Source: Octopus sinensis
Lineage: Eukaryota
Direction: 5' to 3'
Assembly: GCF_006345805.1 (NCBI RefSeq)
Contig: NC_043005.1
Location: 69,812,001-69,876,000 of the forward strand
DNA: 64,000 bases
The notes beneath the pieces were generated by a model. That model worked only from the letters and a program-made list of their open reading frames with translations, was not told the origin of the DNA and did no database searches. The position numbers and the translations under genes were made by a program. How positions within the stretch are numbered: the first letter of the stretch is position 1; each line of letters begins with the position of its first letter. Shown here in pieces: positions 25,125 through 37,375 of this stretch.

Positions 25125-25665
25125 TCTTCATCATCATCATCATCGTCGTCTTCGTCGCCATTTCCATTCTCATCGTCAACATCTTCGTCGTCATCGTCAT
25201 AAGAATATGCGACCGCGGGTAAGATAAAACGTGTCTCGGATATCAGTGGGAAATAAAAAAAAAATCATTGAAAAATTAAATTTTTAAGCAGTATTGGATG
25301 TTAGGTGGAGTCGGCCCAAAGGTCGATCATTCAGTGTTGCTCCAATAAATTATTTTAAACAAATCGATAGTTTAACGAGAAAAGGAAGGAGGGAGAGAGG
25401 AGTCAAGTTGCGATCTTATCATGCTTTTCACGGGAAAGAATCATGGAAATAAAAACATCATCGTAATTATCCTCATCGTCGTTGTAGTGAACATCATCAT
25501 CATCAACATCATACGTGACCACGCAAATTGAATAAAAGATTCTTAGTTATGGCATGGCAAAATATAGAATTATATCAAAACTGAAATATTAAACACTGTG
25601 GAATATCGCATGGAAATTCATGGATCACCATCGAGTGTTGATCCAATAAACATTCTTGCAACCTT
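25125..25665 (+). repeat. Old two-unit tandem duplication with (CAT)/(CGT) tracts
   Basis: Units ~25125-25370 and ~25460-25665 share CATCATC...GCGACCGCG/GTGACCACG and GATCATTCAGTGTTGCTCCAATAAA/GATCACCATCGAGTGTTGATCCAATAAA. Confidence 0.5.
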
Positions 25666-25734
25666 TCTCATGGACAGCGTCTTCCTCCCCATCTTCATCT
25701 TATTTTGAAAGTGGAACATATAAAAGTCATGCTC

Positions 25735-26300
25735 GGAAAGACGTCACCTTCCAGTAACATAGTGCCAACCTATCAACCTGTATAAGACAATCGTACAGAT
25801 TTCAAATATTTGGATACCCAAATAGACAACTTTCAACATCTGAGAAACTATGCGAGTTTGATCTAACGTATTACAGGATATGCTATCTCGATACGGTTTT
25901 GATACTCGGTGCAGTTTACCCTAATTCACATGAGCGTATTCAGTATGTCGAGTTAGCTCCTAACAATCGGATGGAGACGAAAAAGCATGTTTTCGGGGCG
26001 TTTATCCTTCCTGTCCTTTCAGCTAACACACAGTCCAGATGCGCATCCAAAATGACGTTTCAGTTTCCTACTTATAGTAAAGAGCAGAAGTTATCAGGAA
26101 ACTCTCTCGACACCTCCTCTCCACATTCCAATTAATGTAGGCTCGTTGACTGGTCTAAAAGCAACAGCTTCGTTACTGTACGTATTCGGGACAACTTATT
26201 CTTGGGTTCTTGAGTCACTCAGATCATCTTGAGAAGCAGGTTTTCCCATAATGAAATCGCCATCCAACAGCTCATAGCTGTTATATTAAACGATAAGGAA
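25735..26300 (-). mobile_element. Probable L1/Tx1-like LINE endonuclease relic
   Basis: Ordered degenerate motifs: VTQEPK (cf. LQETH), EFPDNFCSLL..NVILDAHLDCVL (cf. FF..L...VI.GDFNCVL), VSR*HIL (cf. SRIDRI), SFSD (cf. FSDH) and TG**VGTMLLEGDVF (cf. GYWKLN.SLL.D..F). The order fits but each match is weak. Confidence 0.4.
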
Positions 26301-26330
26301 ACTTCGGAAGAACAAATTGAGGGTTAAAAC

Positions 26331-26760
26331 CCATACTCTTTTACTCTTTTACTTGTTTCAGTCATTTGACTGTGGCCACGATATAGCACCGCCTTTAGGC
26401 GGGCAAATCGACCCCAGGGACTTATTCTTTGGAAGCCTAGTACTTATTCTATCGGTCTCGTTTGCCGAACCGCTAAGTTACGGGGACGTACACATACCAG
26501 CATCGGTTGCCAAGCGATGTTGGGGGACATACATGTTGGGGGGACATACAAACACACACACAAACATACACACACATACACATATACATATACATATATA
26601 TACGACGGGCTTCTTTCAGATTCCGTCTACCAAATCCACTCACAAGGCTTCGATTGGCCTGAGGCTATAGTTGAAGGCACTTGCCCAAGGCGCCAAGCAG
26701 TGGGACTGAACCCGGAATCACGTGGTTGGTAACCAAGCTACTTACCACACAGCCACTTCT
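26331..26760 (-). mobile_element. Full-length tRNA-derived SINE with internal (CA)/(TA) tract
   Basis: Minus-strand head AGTGGCTGTGTGGTAAGTAGCTTGGTTACC...GGTTCAGTCCCACTGC (A/B-box-like), CORE-like CCTTGGGCAAGTG and tail ...CAGTCAAATGACTGAAACAAGTAAAAAG. Confidence 0.9.
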
Positions 26761-28894
26761 AGCAAAAGTTCTGAGAGCTCTCATATGTAAATTTTGTACC
26801 CTGGGTTAATTTTCCGCGTTTATAAACAAACTCTGAGACTTGACATGTTTTAGAGACAGAAGAATTCAAGAAAAAGCTAGTCCCCCAACCAGGTGACTTC
26901 CAGGTCTCTATTAAATCTTTGTAAGTTGAAGAACATGAGTTTAGATTTGAGATACTGATCGGCACCAGGATCGCAGAGGGTCAATTATCTTCATGCTACG
27001 CGGTTTAATTATTTGTTTGATGCTTGGTTTGCTTCTGTGCATTTTTAGTTTGTTGAGGCGTGTGCAAATTATTAACATCTGAATTTAAGACTGTTTCAGT
27101 AGCATACACAACGTACGTTCAAAACAAACGATAAAATAATGCTAATAATAACAGTTAGAGCAACTAATAATCATAATAATAACAGTAACAAACAACAACA
27201 TTATTATTTTATATTGTTTGCTGCTTTGTTTCATTCCACCTCTCCCAGGATCTATCCCCCTACCTTCCACACTTCACTTCGTCTATTACCTCCGCTCTTC
27301 CGTCCTTGAACCACGAAAAATTCAATTCATAAGCAGTAAGGGGTACTGCATAAGTTTCTCTAGCGTTCTCGCCCAGTTTAAAACAAAACTATCGCATAGC
27401 GAATTTCCGAGCGTCCCGAATATCTGCCGCAAACTAGTAAGAAGTGTTTAGTAAGGAGTGTTCAAATTGTTACTACAGCCGTCTCCTCCATTCTTTAATA
27501 AAATTTCAGTCATTCAGGTGATTAGAGGAATAGAAATGGTATGATGAAATTACAATAATCTCTGACTGTTGTTACCGCCTCCCCTAAAACGTCTAAATAC
27601 TTCTGGAATGTACGTCGTAGTACGAGAATAGCAGATTTTCAATTGATACGGAAAAATTGGGTGATATTACAATTGATCAATCCCTTAATGCAAGATGGTA
27701 TAACATTCGTGTATGCTCTAACATTTCCATTTAAATGCATCTTGGGTAAACAAAAATACGTTTGGCAATTTACAATTTCATTTCAATATATTATGGAAAA
27801 ACTGCAGTAGATTTGGCGATCCCCAAAGACATGTCATTTTTGTCATGATATATGTAAGCTTAGAAGCAGCAAACATATGGCAACACTGCAGAATAATCAT
27901 TTCAAAATGACTGCTGTCACATCATAGTTTACATTTTAATACAAAACGGACACGCACTTCTAATGCAAGTTGCCTGTACAAAATGGACGACGTGTTCCTC
28001 ATGCTTTCATACATTCATGTAACAGTCCTTTTCAATCAATGTAGAAGCAGGATTAATGAACATCAAGAAAGATATTTGCATAAAAGTATACCATCAATAC
28101 ACTATATAGTTATATGCCCTCAACTACATACTGTATGTAGATTTAGATAGAAAAGTCTTCGCTATTTCAAACGCTATTTCATCGTAATAAATCATTCATG
28201 CTCCCCTTTATGTTGCTCCAATGGCAGGGCCATAAATGTTCCTATTTTATAAACTGTAATATTCACATACTTTATCACCACCTAATATTTAAAATGTTTA
28301 GTATTCCAATCAAATATTCAGTGATAAATTTTGACCTACAAACCTCAAAGATCTATATTATAAGATATTTATTCAATCTAGTTGCATCAACGGAAAGTAC
28401 AAACTTATTTTCCTCGGAGCAAAAAATTTATCATTAATATCTGTGCATAATTTTTTCATAAGAAGTTGACTTCATGAAAAATCATCGCTTTCGACAAGAA
28501 AATCATATTGCTTTAAAATTCTTTTACAAGCATTCTGGGTTCAATAAACGATAAATAAATTACACAGTTTAAACATCTATGCATTTATTGGTTTGTCAAA
28601 TGTATTTGAAGTTTAATCAATTTGTTATTAAAATGGTTACATTTATACCATTAAGAATATTAACTAAAAGCAACTAAACTGAAAAGCAATCATATTTAAC
28701 AGATGTGAACTGAGAGAATTTGCGAATACTTTTATTATTATATTTTAAAACGAAAAACGAGTGATTGAAGATTGATGAACTATTCTGGAGGAAGAAGAAA
28801 TTCAATTTACTTTCGTTCAAATTCCCATGCATATGTTGAATGGCGATATATTCATATTTGTACACTCTTACCTACAACGGCATCGCAATCTGCT

Positions 28895-28936
<42 letters not shown>

Positions 28937-29489
28937 ATATATTTGTGTGTGTGTGTGTGTGTGTTTATACAGGTTTACGTTAGAGGTGCTTAAAGCGTCT
29001 AAAGGATAGGTATATTCAAAGGCACTTCTGGTAATTACCTCAGTAGGTATATTCCTTGGTAAAAGGTATACGGCACCAGGTAATTTTGCGGGTAACCGTA
29101 GTTAAATTTATAGAGTTAGCTCCCTTACATTGCGCCGCCAGTTAGCCCCCAGAAGTCACAAAGACGTGTAACACATGTCACTGAATAGCCATGAGACCAA
29201 ATGTCCAACTAACTTATATTCTTCATCCAGCTCACAACGGACATAACGAACTGTGAACTCAAGTTCAATGTAAGACACTCGATTCTTGATCTCTTTTCCG
29301 ATGTATGCATTGATCTTTCAATCTTTTTCTCTGTACCTCTGACTTCTTCGTTCTGACGAAGTCTACCAATAGCAACGATGCGAAAATATAAATATATATT
29401 TTCTGCCCCATGGTAAATAGAACCGATCATAAACAACTTCACTCTCACCTTTATTAACTAAATAAATAATGGCTTACTTGCGCAAAAGA

Positions 29490-29885
29490 CATACTTCTGT
29501 TTGTTAATTCCCCTCGGGTTGCTCGGGTTTGTTTCAGCCTTGTAGAATTGGAATCTTTGAAAAGTAAAGGTTTTGCATTATGTAGCTTGTTATTCTCTTT
29601 AAGTGAACATTTTCTGGTTGAAATACACCGAGCAATGGCGACACAGCAGTCAACAAATCGTAAAAAATAGGGATTTTCATAGACAAAAAGCACCTTTGTT
29701 ATGCAAATAAGTCTTGGTGTTAACATGGTCCGATTTGAATTTTTTGTTCTACTGAAAAAAGAGCAAGCCTTCTTCTATCAAACTCTCACTTTGGTCAACT
29801 TGCGCCGCAGGAACTCGAAGGAGATAGTGTTAGTTGAAGGCTACCAAACCTGCCACACACAGACTACTTCAGTTTTATATATAGA
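29490..29885 (-). mobile_element. Non-autonomous Helitron, subfamily 2, 3' end degraded
   Basis: Aligns along its length with 59643-59994 (GAAAAGTAAA...TTTTGCATTATGTAGCTTGTTATTC...ATAGTGTTAGTTGAAGGCTACCAAACCTGCCA). Confidence 0.8.
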
Positions 29886-30393
29886 GAGGTATTACCGATT
29901 TCGAAGAATCTTTTTTTATCAAATATCAGAAACAAATTACAAAAATTTGAAGTTAAAGTAGTTTATCTTATCTCTTGTAGCTAAGAACATGTCTGGAGAT
30001 ATTTCGTTGAAGTCTTCTTTCAATATAGTTTGGTATAGTGTTCAAAGAGTTAGACAGGGAGAAAAGTAGTGTGTATTCTCTAAAAGAAATCTTTGTGCGT
30101 TCCTTCCAAAAGAGTGGCTAAAAAGCATTTATTGAAGGGGTTTTATGTCCACCTCTGTGTGTCTGTGTGTGAGTGTAAGTGTAGGTGTGTTTGTGTGTGT
30201 GTGACTGCATTTCTTGCGATGCACTTTTGTGTGTATGTTTGTGCGTTTGTGTTTATAGATTTGTCAGTGTGCATTTTTGTCATATTTTCTTTTGTATATG
30301 TGTACGTACACACATATATATTTATGCATATACATATATATGCATATCTATATCTATCTATCTATCTATCTATCTATCTCTATATATATATGC

Positions 30394-30443
<50 letters not shown>

Positions 30444-31335
30444 TCCTAGATCCAAAACTCTTAAGTGTAACTGCCTGAAACTGTAAGGACGTCTGGTAAC
30501 TTGACTAAAGAAAGAAGGACACGAATGACCCATCTATTTTTCCTGTCCCCTTAATAGTTATTTTCCCTGTACGCCTTTGTATCGTCTATCTGTCCAAAAG
30601 TTTTATTGTCCTCTATTTCGTTTGTGTTCCATGTTTTATATTTATATATGCATATAGCGGCGTACGTGCATACTTGTGTAAGTATGTATCTAAATTATGT
30701 TTGATTCTTTTACTCTGTCTTTCAGTTCCCCTCATAATTTCTTCCACTTTTTCTCGCTCCCCTCGGTCTCACATTTCTTGACCCTCTCTTTCTTTAACTT
30801 CCACTTTACCTCCTCGTTTATCTTCACTATACCTTTCTTTTTGTATCTTTGATTTTTTTCTAATCCTTGAATCCCGCTGTGCAATGAGTATATTAAATTA
30901 TATGTATGCATCTTTGTGTGTATGCATGTAAGTATGAAATGTGTGTGTAAGCATGCATGTATGTATGTGTGTATCCCATTATTTAGCTTTATTTCATGAT
31001 GTCTTGCCAATAGAGAAAGAGCCGGTTCCTAACGTAAATCCAAGGCACCTACATTTTATTGAGATTTTCTTGGGACATTCCTTTATCGCTACTTTTTAAT
31101 ATAAGTGGCAATAGCTTTTACCATACTGTGAGATCTTGTTTATTTGTCCTCGTGGCTATCGTTCCTACGGATCTCATTATACAGTGTCTTATATGTATAT
31201 ACGTATGCATGTATGTATGTATGTATGTATGTATGTATGTATATATGTATGTAAGGATGGATGGATGAATAAATGAATGTATGTACGTATGAATGTATGT
31301 ATGTATATTTACATATGTGATTATATATAGTAAGC

Positions 31336-31379
<44 letters not shown>

Positions 31380-31383
<4 letters not shown>

Positions 31384-31495
31384 CTGCTTACCAAGCACAT
31401 TATTCCATATGATTCCATGTTAGCACTCGTTGCGTGGTGCCTTTGACAGCTGTCTTCTGTTATATCTTCGGGCTGGCCAAAACCTCGTGAGCAAA
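31380..31495 (+). mobile_element. SINE head fragment (family of 61198)
   Basis: TGCTTACCAA...GCGTGGTGCCTTTGACAGCTGTCTTCTG...CGGGCTGGCCAAAACCTCGTGAG is a diverged family head. Confidence 0.55.
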
Positions 31496-31509
31496 CTACG
31501 TTTTACTTT

Positions 31510-31615
31510 ATTCATATTAGTTACAATTGTCCTCATCTTGTTTCTTGTTACCACAAGGTTTCAACTATTATACCCTACAGCCATCATCGGGTTTCTTGGG
31601 GAAATGTAAATAATC
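31510..31615 (-). mobile_element. Penelope terminal-repeat fragment (same family as 10040-10175)
   Basis: Reverse complement TTTCCCCAAGAAACCCGATGATGGCTGTAGGGTAT...GAAACCTTGTGGTAACAAG...GATGAGGACAA aligns with 10085-10157. Confidence 0.75.
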
Positions 31616-31659
31616 TAAATAATGTACATAATTCCTCATCTCGTAATTATAGAACTGTA

Positions 31660-31850
31660 TTACCTTTTACTTGTTTCAGTTATTAGGATGCGGCTGTGGT
31701 GGGGTACCGCCTTGTAGAATTTTAGTCCAAAATATCGCCCTAACTATATATATTTTTAAGCATGGTACTTTATCTGTAGATCACTTGTCGAACCACTAAT
31801 TTACGGGGACTTAAATACCCCAACTCCGGTTGCCTTACGGTGGTGGTGGT
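31660..31850 (-). mobile_element. SINE tail fragment (family of 61198)
   Basis: CCTTTTACTTGTTTCAG...GGTACCGCCTT...GAACCACTAATTTACGGGGAC matches the family. Confidence 0.7.
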
Positions 31851-33259
31851 GGTGGTGGTGGTGGTGGAAAAACACAAAGACACTCACATGCATATGTACA
31901 TGTTTATATATATATGCATCTATTTATATGTCTATCTATCAATCTGTCTACCTACTATAATTATCTGTCTCTCTGGCTTTCTCCTCTCTTTCTCTCTTTC
32001 TCTCTCTCTCTTCCACTCATTTACTTTTCGGATCACGTAATCAAATACGGAATGATCTCAACAATCGTTGCAGCAAATATTCAAGACAGAAAGAAAGAAA
32101 GAGACGCACAAAGAGAAAAGGAGGTAGAGAGAAAATTGAGAATGATTGGTGATTATGTACATGTGTCTACGAGTCCCAACGTGTTCTTCAGCAACAGAAG
32201 AAAGATCGAGTTGATGTGCACCATATATTTGTCGTCTTTTGTCTCATTTGAGTGAAATAAAAATGATTTATCTCTGAACTATATTGCTGTTGTTTTGAAA
32301 TAGAAGTAGCTAGTTACTTTTACAGCAGTCAACAAAATTGCTCGAGCGTCTCTAAGATATATTGCAGTGTTTTATAGATTTGTCTTTGACAACTAGTAAA
32401 AGAATACAATGGTTTCGTATTAAGTAATACAAACATAATTATAGAACAATTATAATTATAAGGAAAGTGCAGCATCGGTTTAGTACTGCGATAGAACAAT
32501 ATTGAAATTGCTGTTATTTATTGGATTGTGTACAACAAAGCATTTAGTTGTCAAAAATGACAAAGCCGCAACCACTGAGGTACTTTTGAATACCCTTTAG
32601 CAATTTCATATATATTCAACTAAGGAATACTGTAGTAACTTAATAAGAAATGCAGGTATTATGTAAACATGGTTATCTGAAAATTAATGCCTTCTATTAG
32701 ATAATAATACAGTACTGGCGGATGATTTATCGATGATAATTCTGTTTTACTTTTTACTCGAAAATGCAATACTGTTGAAGACTACAAGCTATATGAGGTG
32801 ATTTGAAATCTATACATGGAATGGATCTTTAAACGTATTAACGTCATTCTCATTGATAGATGTTTGACTGGCTGTAATGCTGTACAAATTGCCATTATTC
32901 ATATATGCATAATAGACTGCATCAGTTTTTTGTCATCTTCCGTGTCGTTGCATAATTTTAATCTTTTTCCTATCATGTACTGTTATGACATGTATTTTTC
33001 TTTTGGCGTACGTAGGAAGAGAAGAGCACACGTGAATTTAAATAAATTAACGAATCACAAACATATACTATCGCATACCAAACCCAAGATATATAATTTC
33101 AGTGCAGGCAGTTTTATGTTACTGCAAATTACTCACCGTCGACTCACTTTGGTACGTTGATCTCACTGATACATTTAAATAGTTGGGGAGGTCCTCAGGA
33201 GACCTTTGTATAAATTGAAACGTGTCCCTCAAAACAATTTCTTGTTATTTTCTGCTTTC

Positions 33260-33318
<59 letters not shown>

Positions 33319-33879
33319 CTATACATACACACATATATTTATATATGTATGTGTTTAATTGTGTTTGTATGTGTGTCTGTGTGCTTGTACACGAAAAGGC
33401 ATAAGTAGGGGGATTTACGTATTTCTTTATTTGTCGAAGTCAGATTTACAAGTGTTACAGGTGTGTTCATAGTTCCGTTTTTTTTTTCACACGGTGGAAA
33501 AAAAAAACTGAGCGACATTAAAAAATAGCATCATCTTCAGAGTCGGCGCAATGAGTGGTAAATTATACGAAAACAAACGCAATGCAGATATCGATAGAGA
33601 AGGGAGGAAAAAGAAAAGAGAAAGACAAAAATGGAAGAGAAGAGAAAAAGAGGAAAGAGGAACAGAGGTGGAAGAGAAAAAAAAACCCAAAATGTTGAGG
33701 AAGGGGATGGTTTATTATCGACTTAACCTCTTGTATACAATTGCTGGGCTTGTGTTCAAATTTGAAAGCAATTTTAAAATCAGAACAGTATCGGTGAATG
33801 AGCAGACAATGCTTAGCGACATTTCATCCGTCTTTATATTCTGAGTTTATATTCCACTGATGTTGTCTTTGTCTGTCAT

Positions 33880-34135
33880 TCTTTCGGAATAGGTACTGGG
33901 AACGATGTAATCGACTTACCCTTGCTCCTAAATTGTTGTCTTTGTGTTTATATTTCATCAGAACTCCGGGGGAAATACTTAGCGGAATTTCGTCAGTTTG
34001 CGTGTTCTTGGTTCAAATTCCGCTGAGGTCGACTTTGTCTTTCAAATTTTCTGGGTTGATCGTGCTGGGGTCAATGTAATCGACCTAATCTCTTCCTACA
34101 AATTTGACGCATTGTGCTTCTAGTAGAAAGCATTA
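33880..34135 (+). mobile_element. SINE (family of 11388), diverged
   Basis: GGTTCAAATTCCGCTGAGGTCGACTTTGTCTTTCA...GGGGTCAATGTAATCGACC. Confidence 0.8.
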
Positions 34136-35116
34136 TTTACATCTCCATTCTGATAACTATAGACATATCTTTAACTGCTACAAAAGCTAGCATAGCGAAA
34201 CACTTTATGAAGCCCGATATATTTTCTATATTTTATGCATGTGATTAAATATTATTTCAATCATTGTCGCTTTGGTTATCGCCATTCTACAAGAGAATGT
34301 CCACAATTATAACATTCTGTAGATGAAAGGAACACATTCTAGATAGCATTAATAATTCACAGCATAATAGAAAATATAGAATATTTTCTTCTCAGTTCCC
34401 AGGAAGAAAATAGAATGCTGTATAAATATTATATTAGGGAAATGTCTCACGATTTTCATCAAAACTATCTCTTTATTATCTTTTTCAGAATACTAGTGCT
34501 GTTCCGTGTAACTCTGTGTTTCTAAGGCATATATTGCAAGCCACAGTATTGAGGCCTAACAAGATCACTTGTTCGGTAAATTAATGTGTAAAAAGCAAAA
34601 CATAATCTACCTGTAAAAGACTAAGATGTATTTCTAAAATATTCTGCACAAATTTAGGCATCAATTCACGCAATCTAGAATACGAAAGCAGGAACCAACT
34701 GGGAACACTCTGCATGGTAACGTGAGTCTTAAATATTATCAAGAGATTTATATGAAGCTACACCGTTCTGTGTTCATTAATCCACACTAACACACTCACA
34801 CACACACACATATATATATAGAGAGAGATAAATAGCTAGCTAGCTAGATAGATAGATACATACATACATACATACATATATTTTGATTTATAAGCCAAAA
34901 AATTGAGATCAACACAGCTGTAAAATTATTTGATGTGAAGCCTCCTACATCGTAGGTGACCTGGCGATAAACAGTAGCTATATAAGGAAAAGAAAAAAAC
35001 AGATCAATATATGTTCGGTTATAAAAGGAATACGTGTAACAAAACTGCTAGCAGATTGATTGTGCTCGACCATTTCTTGCTTGGTGAATACAATCTTCAC
35101 CTGGAGGTGTTTTGTG

Positions 35117-35449
35117 TCATCTGCAATTTCTATGGGTTCTCCATCTCGGAATTGTAGCAAAACTTATCGGAAGATACGCAATACAAGGCAAGTCTTTGAC
35201 AATGCTGCTAGTGTTCAGTGTAGACGATCGCTCACTCCAAATCCATCTTTCTATACGCTTCCCATCTTTGAAAAGTCGTTCCAACGGCTCTGAATGTTTT
35301 ACATTCTGTCTGGTATAGAAAGTTTTACAGTTACTAGGATTGGCAATGCATCCCAGCATTTTTACGTAAGCTTCTTTTAAATTGTCGATTCCTCTTAGCA
35401 TTTGCATTGGAATGTAAATTCGATCAGGATCATTTTCTTCTTCTCTTCA
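35117..35449 (-). other. Unassigned ~110-codon open frame in unique sequence (candidate exon or pseudogene)
   Basis: REEENDPDRIYIPMQMLRGIDNLKEAYVKMLGCIANPSNCKTFYTRQNVKHSEPLERLFKDGKRIERWIWSERSSTL...; normal amino-acid complexity, no recognised motif and no clear splice acceptor. Confidence 0.2.
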
Positions 35450-36289
35450 TATCATATGTACGTGAGCTGTAGTTTGTGTACAGGAAATTAGAGAACTTCA
35501 GATTTGTCACAATGCTTTCACATATCACGGCTGTATATCATAAGTAAAATTTGTTGAAAATTAAATGTTGGCAATTATGTATATATGAGATCCGCGACTC
35601 ACCAGCGAGGTGTATATACATTCACTTGCCTAAAAAGATATAGGAATACACTTTACCTGCGTTTATAATACCATGTCTAATACAGGAATATACGTTCGAC
35701 GATGTAGTGCATTATATACAATTTAGCGATAAAATGATGTCTGGAAGATTTGGATACCAAAATGCCTATTCATAATCTAAAAGTTATGTAACAACAATAT
35801 TTGCAACAATATAAATAGTATCATACCTTAATGCAGTTGTTTACAAGATCATCGCATTCCATCTCGGTTTGCAGGGAAGGCTAATTTCAAGTAGAATAAT
35901 AAACTGAAGAAATGATTTTTCTCCTCATTCATGTGAAATAGTAAGAACAAGTTCGGTGTTAGTATCACTAACACAAAATATCTTCCTAAACGTGTTTCTT
36001 CAAATACCATTGACTATTTCCTTGTAACTATTGATTATTTTTGTACACTATTACTGGACAAATAAGTACTTATATCGTGTGAGATAGACCAGTCTTGATA
36101 GTCTTAAACTACAACATAGCGTGTCATGAAAAGAAAGACACAAATTATATATTCAAAGATAGACAATTATGAACTATACTATGTCAGTCCTAACTGTGTC
36201 GTTTATTTTACATATATGCAATAATAACTCCTACTGTGGTAAATAATTACGTCAACATTGCTGCATATTTATTAATATTCATTTAGTTG

Positions 36290-36455
36290 AAGGCGTTTCG
36301 TCTATCTTTACCTTGTATCTTCGAATTCAGCAGAGGTCGACTTTACTCTTCATCCTTTCAGGGTCGATAAAGTAAGTTCCAGTTCAGCACTAGAATCGAT
36401 GTAAGCGACTTAGGTCCAAACCTGAACATGCTGGCCTTTGCTAAAATCTTGAAAC
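36290..36455 (+). mobile_element. SINE (family of 11388), 5' degraded
   Basis: GCAGAGGTCGACTTTACTCTTCATCCTTTCAGGGTCGATAAAGTAAGTTCCAG. Confidence 0.8.
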
Positions 36456-36964
36456 CAATATTTATTTAGTTTGGAGAATAGTACATTGTAAATCTAGTGG
36501 CATTTGGCTGGTATTTCCACAGGATGTTCGCCTGTATAAAGCATCCGTGGTCTTATCATGCTTGGATATTTCGAAAAATTAAGCATAACATTAGGACGAA
36601 TTTGTTTATTTTCACAGAATCATTATTAGCATCTGCTAAAATTTGGAGGATAATAAATGTGGATGCTGAGAAATATGCAATAATTGAGAAAGAAGTAAGG
36701 ACAATTAAAGAACAGAAAAAAATTTCTCTTATGCAAGAACAAAATATCGTATAAGAACAGAATCAATACACAATAAATCTCAGAGCTGCAACTTTGAGTG
36801 AAAAAAACATCTGCCACTTCGGTATTGACTGAGGATTAAATTTGATTTTGGTAAAAGTAGACATCTTTTCAGAAACCTTAGTTGGAAACAATTGCTTCCA
36901 TTATTGGTTTTATTATCGTTTCATTCTTATACACCACCTTCCATTCTATTTTTTACTATATTTT

Positions 36965-37163
36965 TATTGTAGTTGTTGCTGTTGTTGATTACGTTGTTGT
37001 TCTTTGTTTTTACAACTAATTGTTTCTCATTGATCTTTTCTTTTCTTTTTTTGCCTTCACCGTCTTTAAGTTATTTTTCCCCGTTTCTATTACGTCACCG
37101 TCATCTTTCTCAGCATCATCATCGAAACGGCCATCATCATCATTATCATCCTCTTCATTTCTT

Positions 37164-37194
<31 letters not shown>

Positions 37195-37213
37195 TTATTA
37201 TTATTATTAGTAT

Positions 37214-37260
<47 letters not shown>

Positions 37261-37375
37261 ATAATATTATCTTAATCATCATCATTATTATCGTTATTCC
37301 TCCTCCTCATACTACTACTACAACTACGACAACAACAACAACTACTACTACTACTGCTACTACTACTACTATCGT
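36965..37375. repeat. Compound trinucleotide tract (GTT/CAT/CTT/ATT/AGT/ACT/ACA)
   Basis: Direct reading; explains three low-complexity ORFs. Confidence 0.95.

Noticed and set aside
26759-26965. 68-aa ORF with protein-like composition
   Set aside because: No motif, weak splice sites and chance-level length.
27480-28140. Unique block with 50-80 codon frames on both strands
   Set aside because: No consistent frame or recognisable family; could be an old relic but nothing supports a call.
35657-35740. 84-nt minus-strand exon candidate
   Set aside because: Stops in all three frames.
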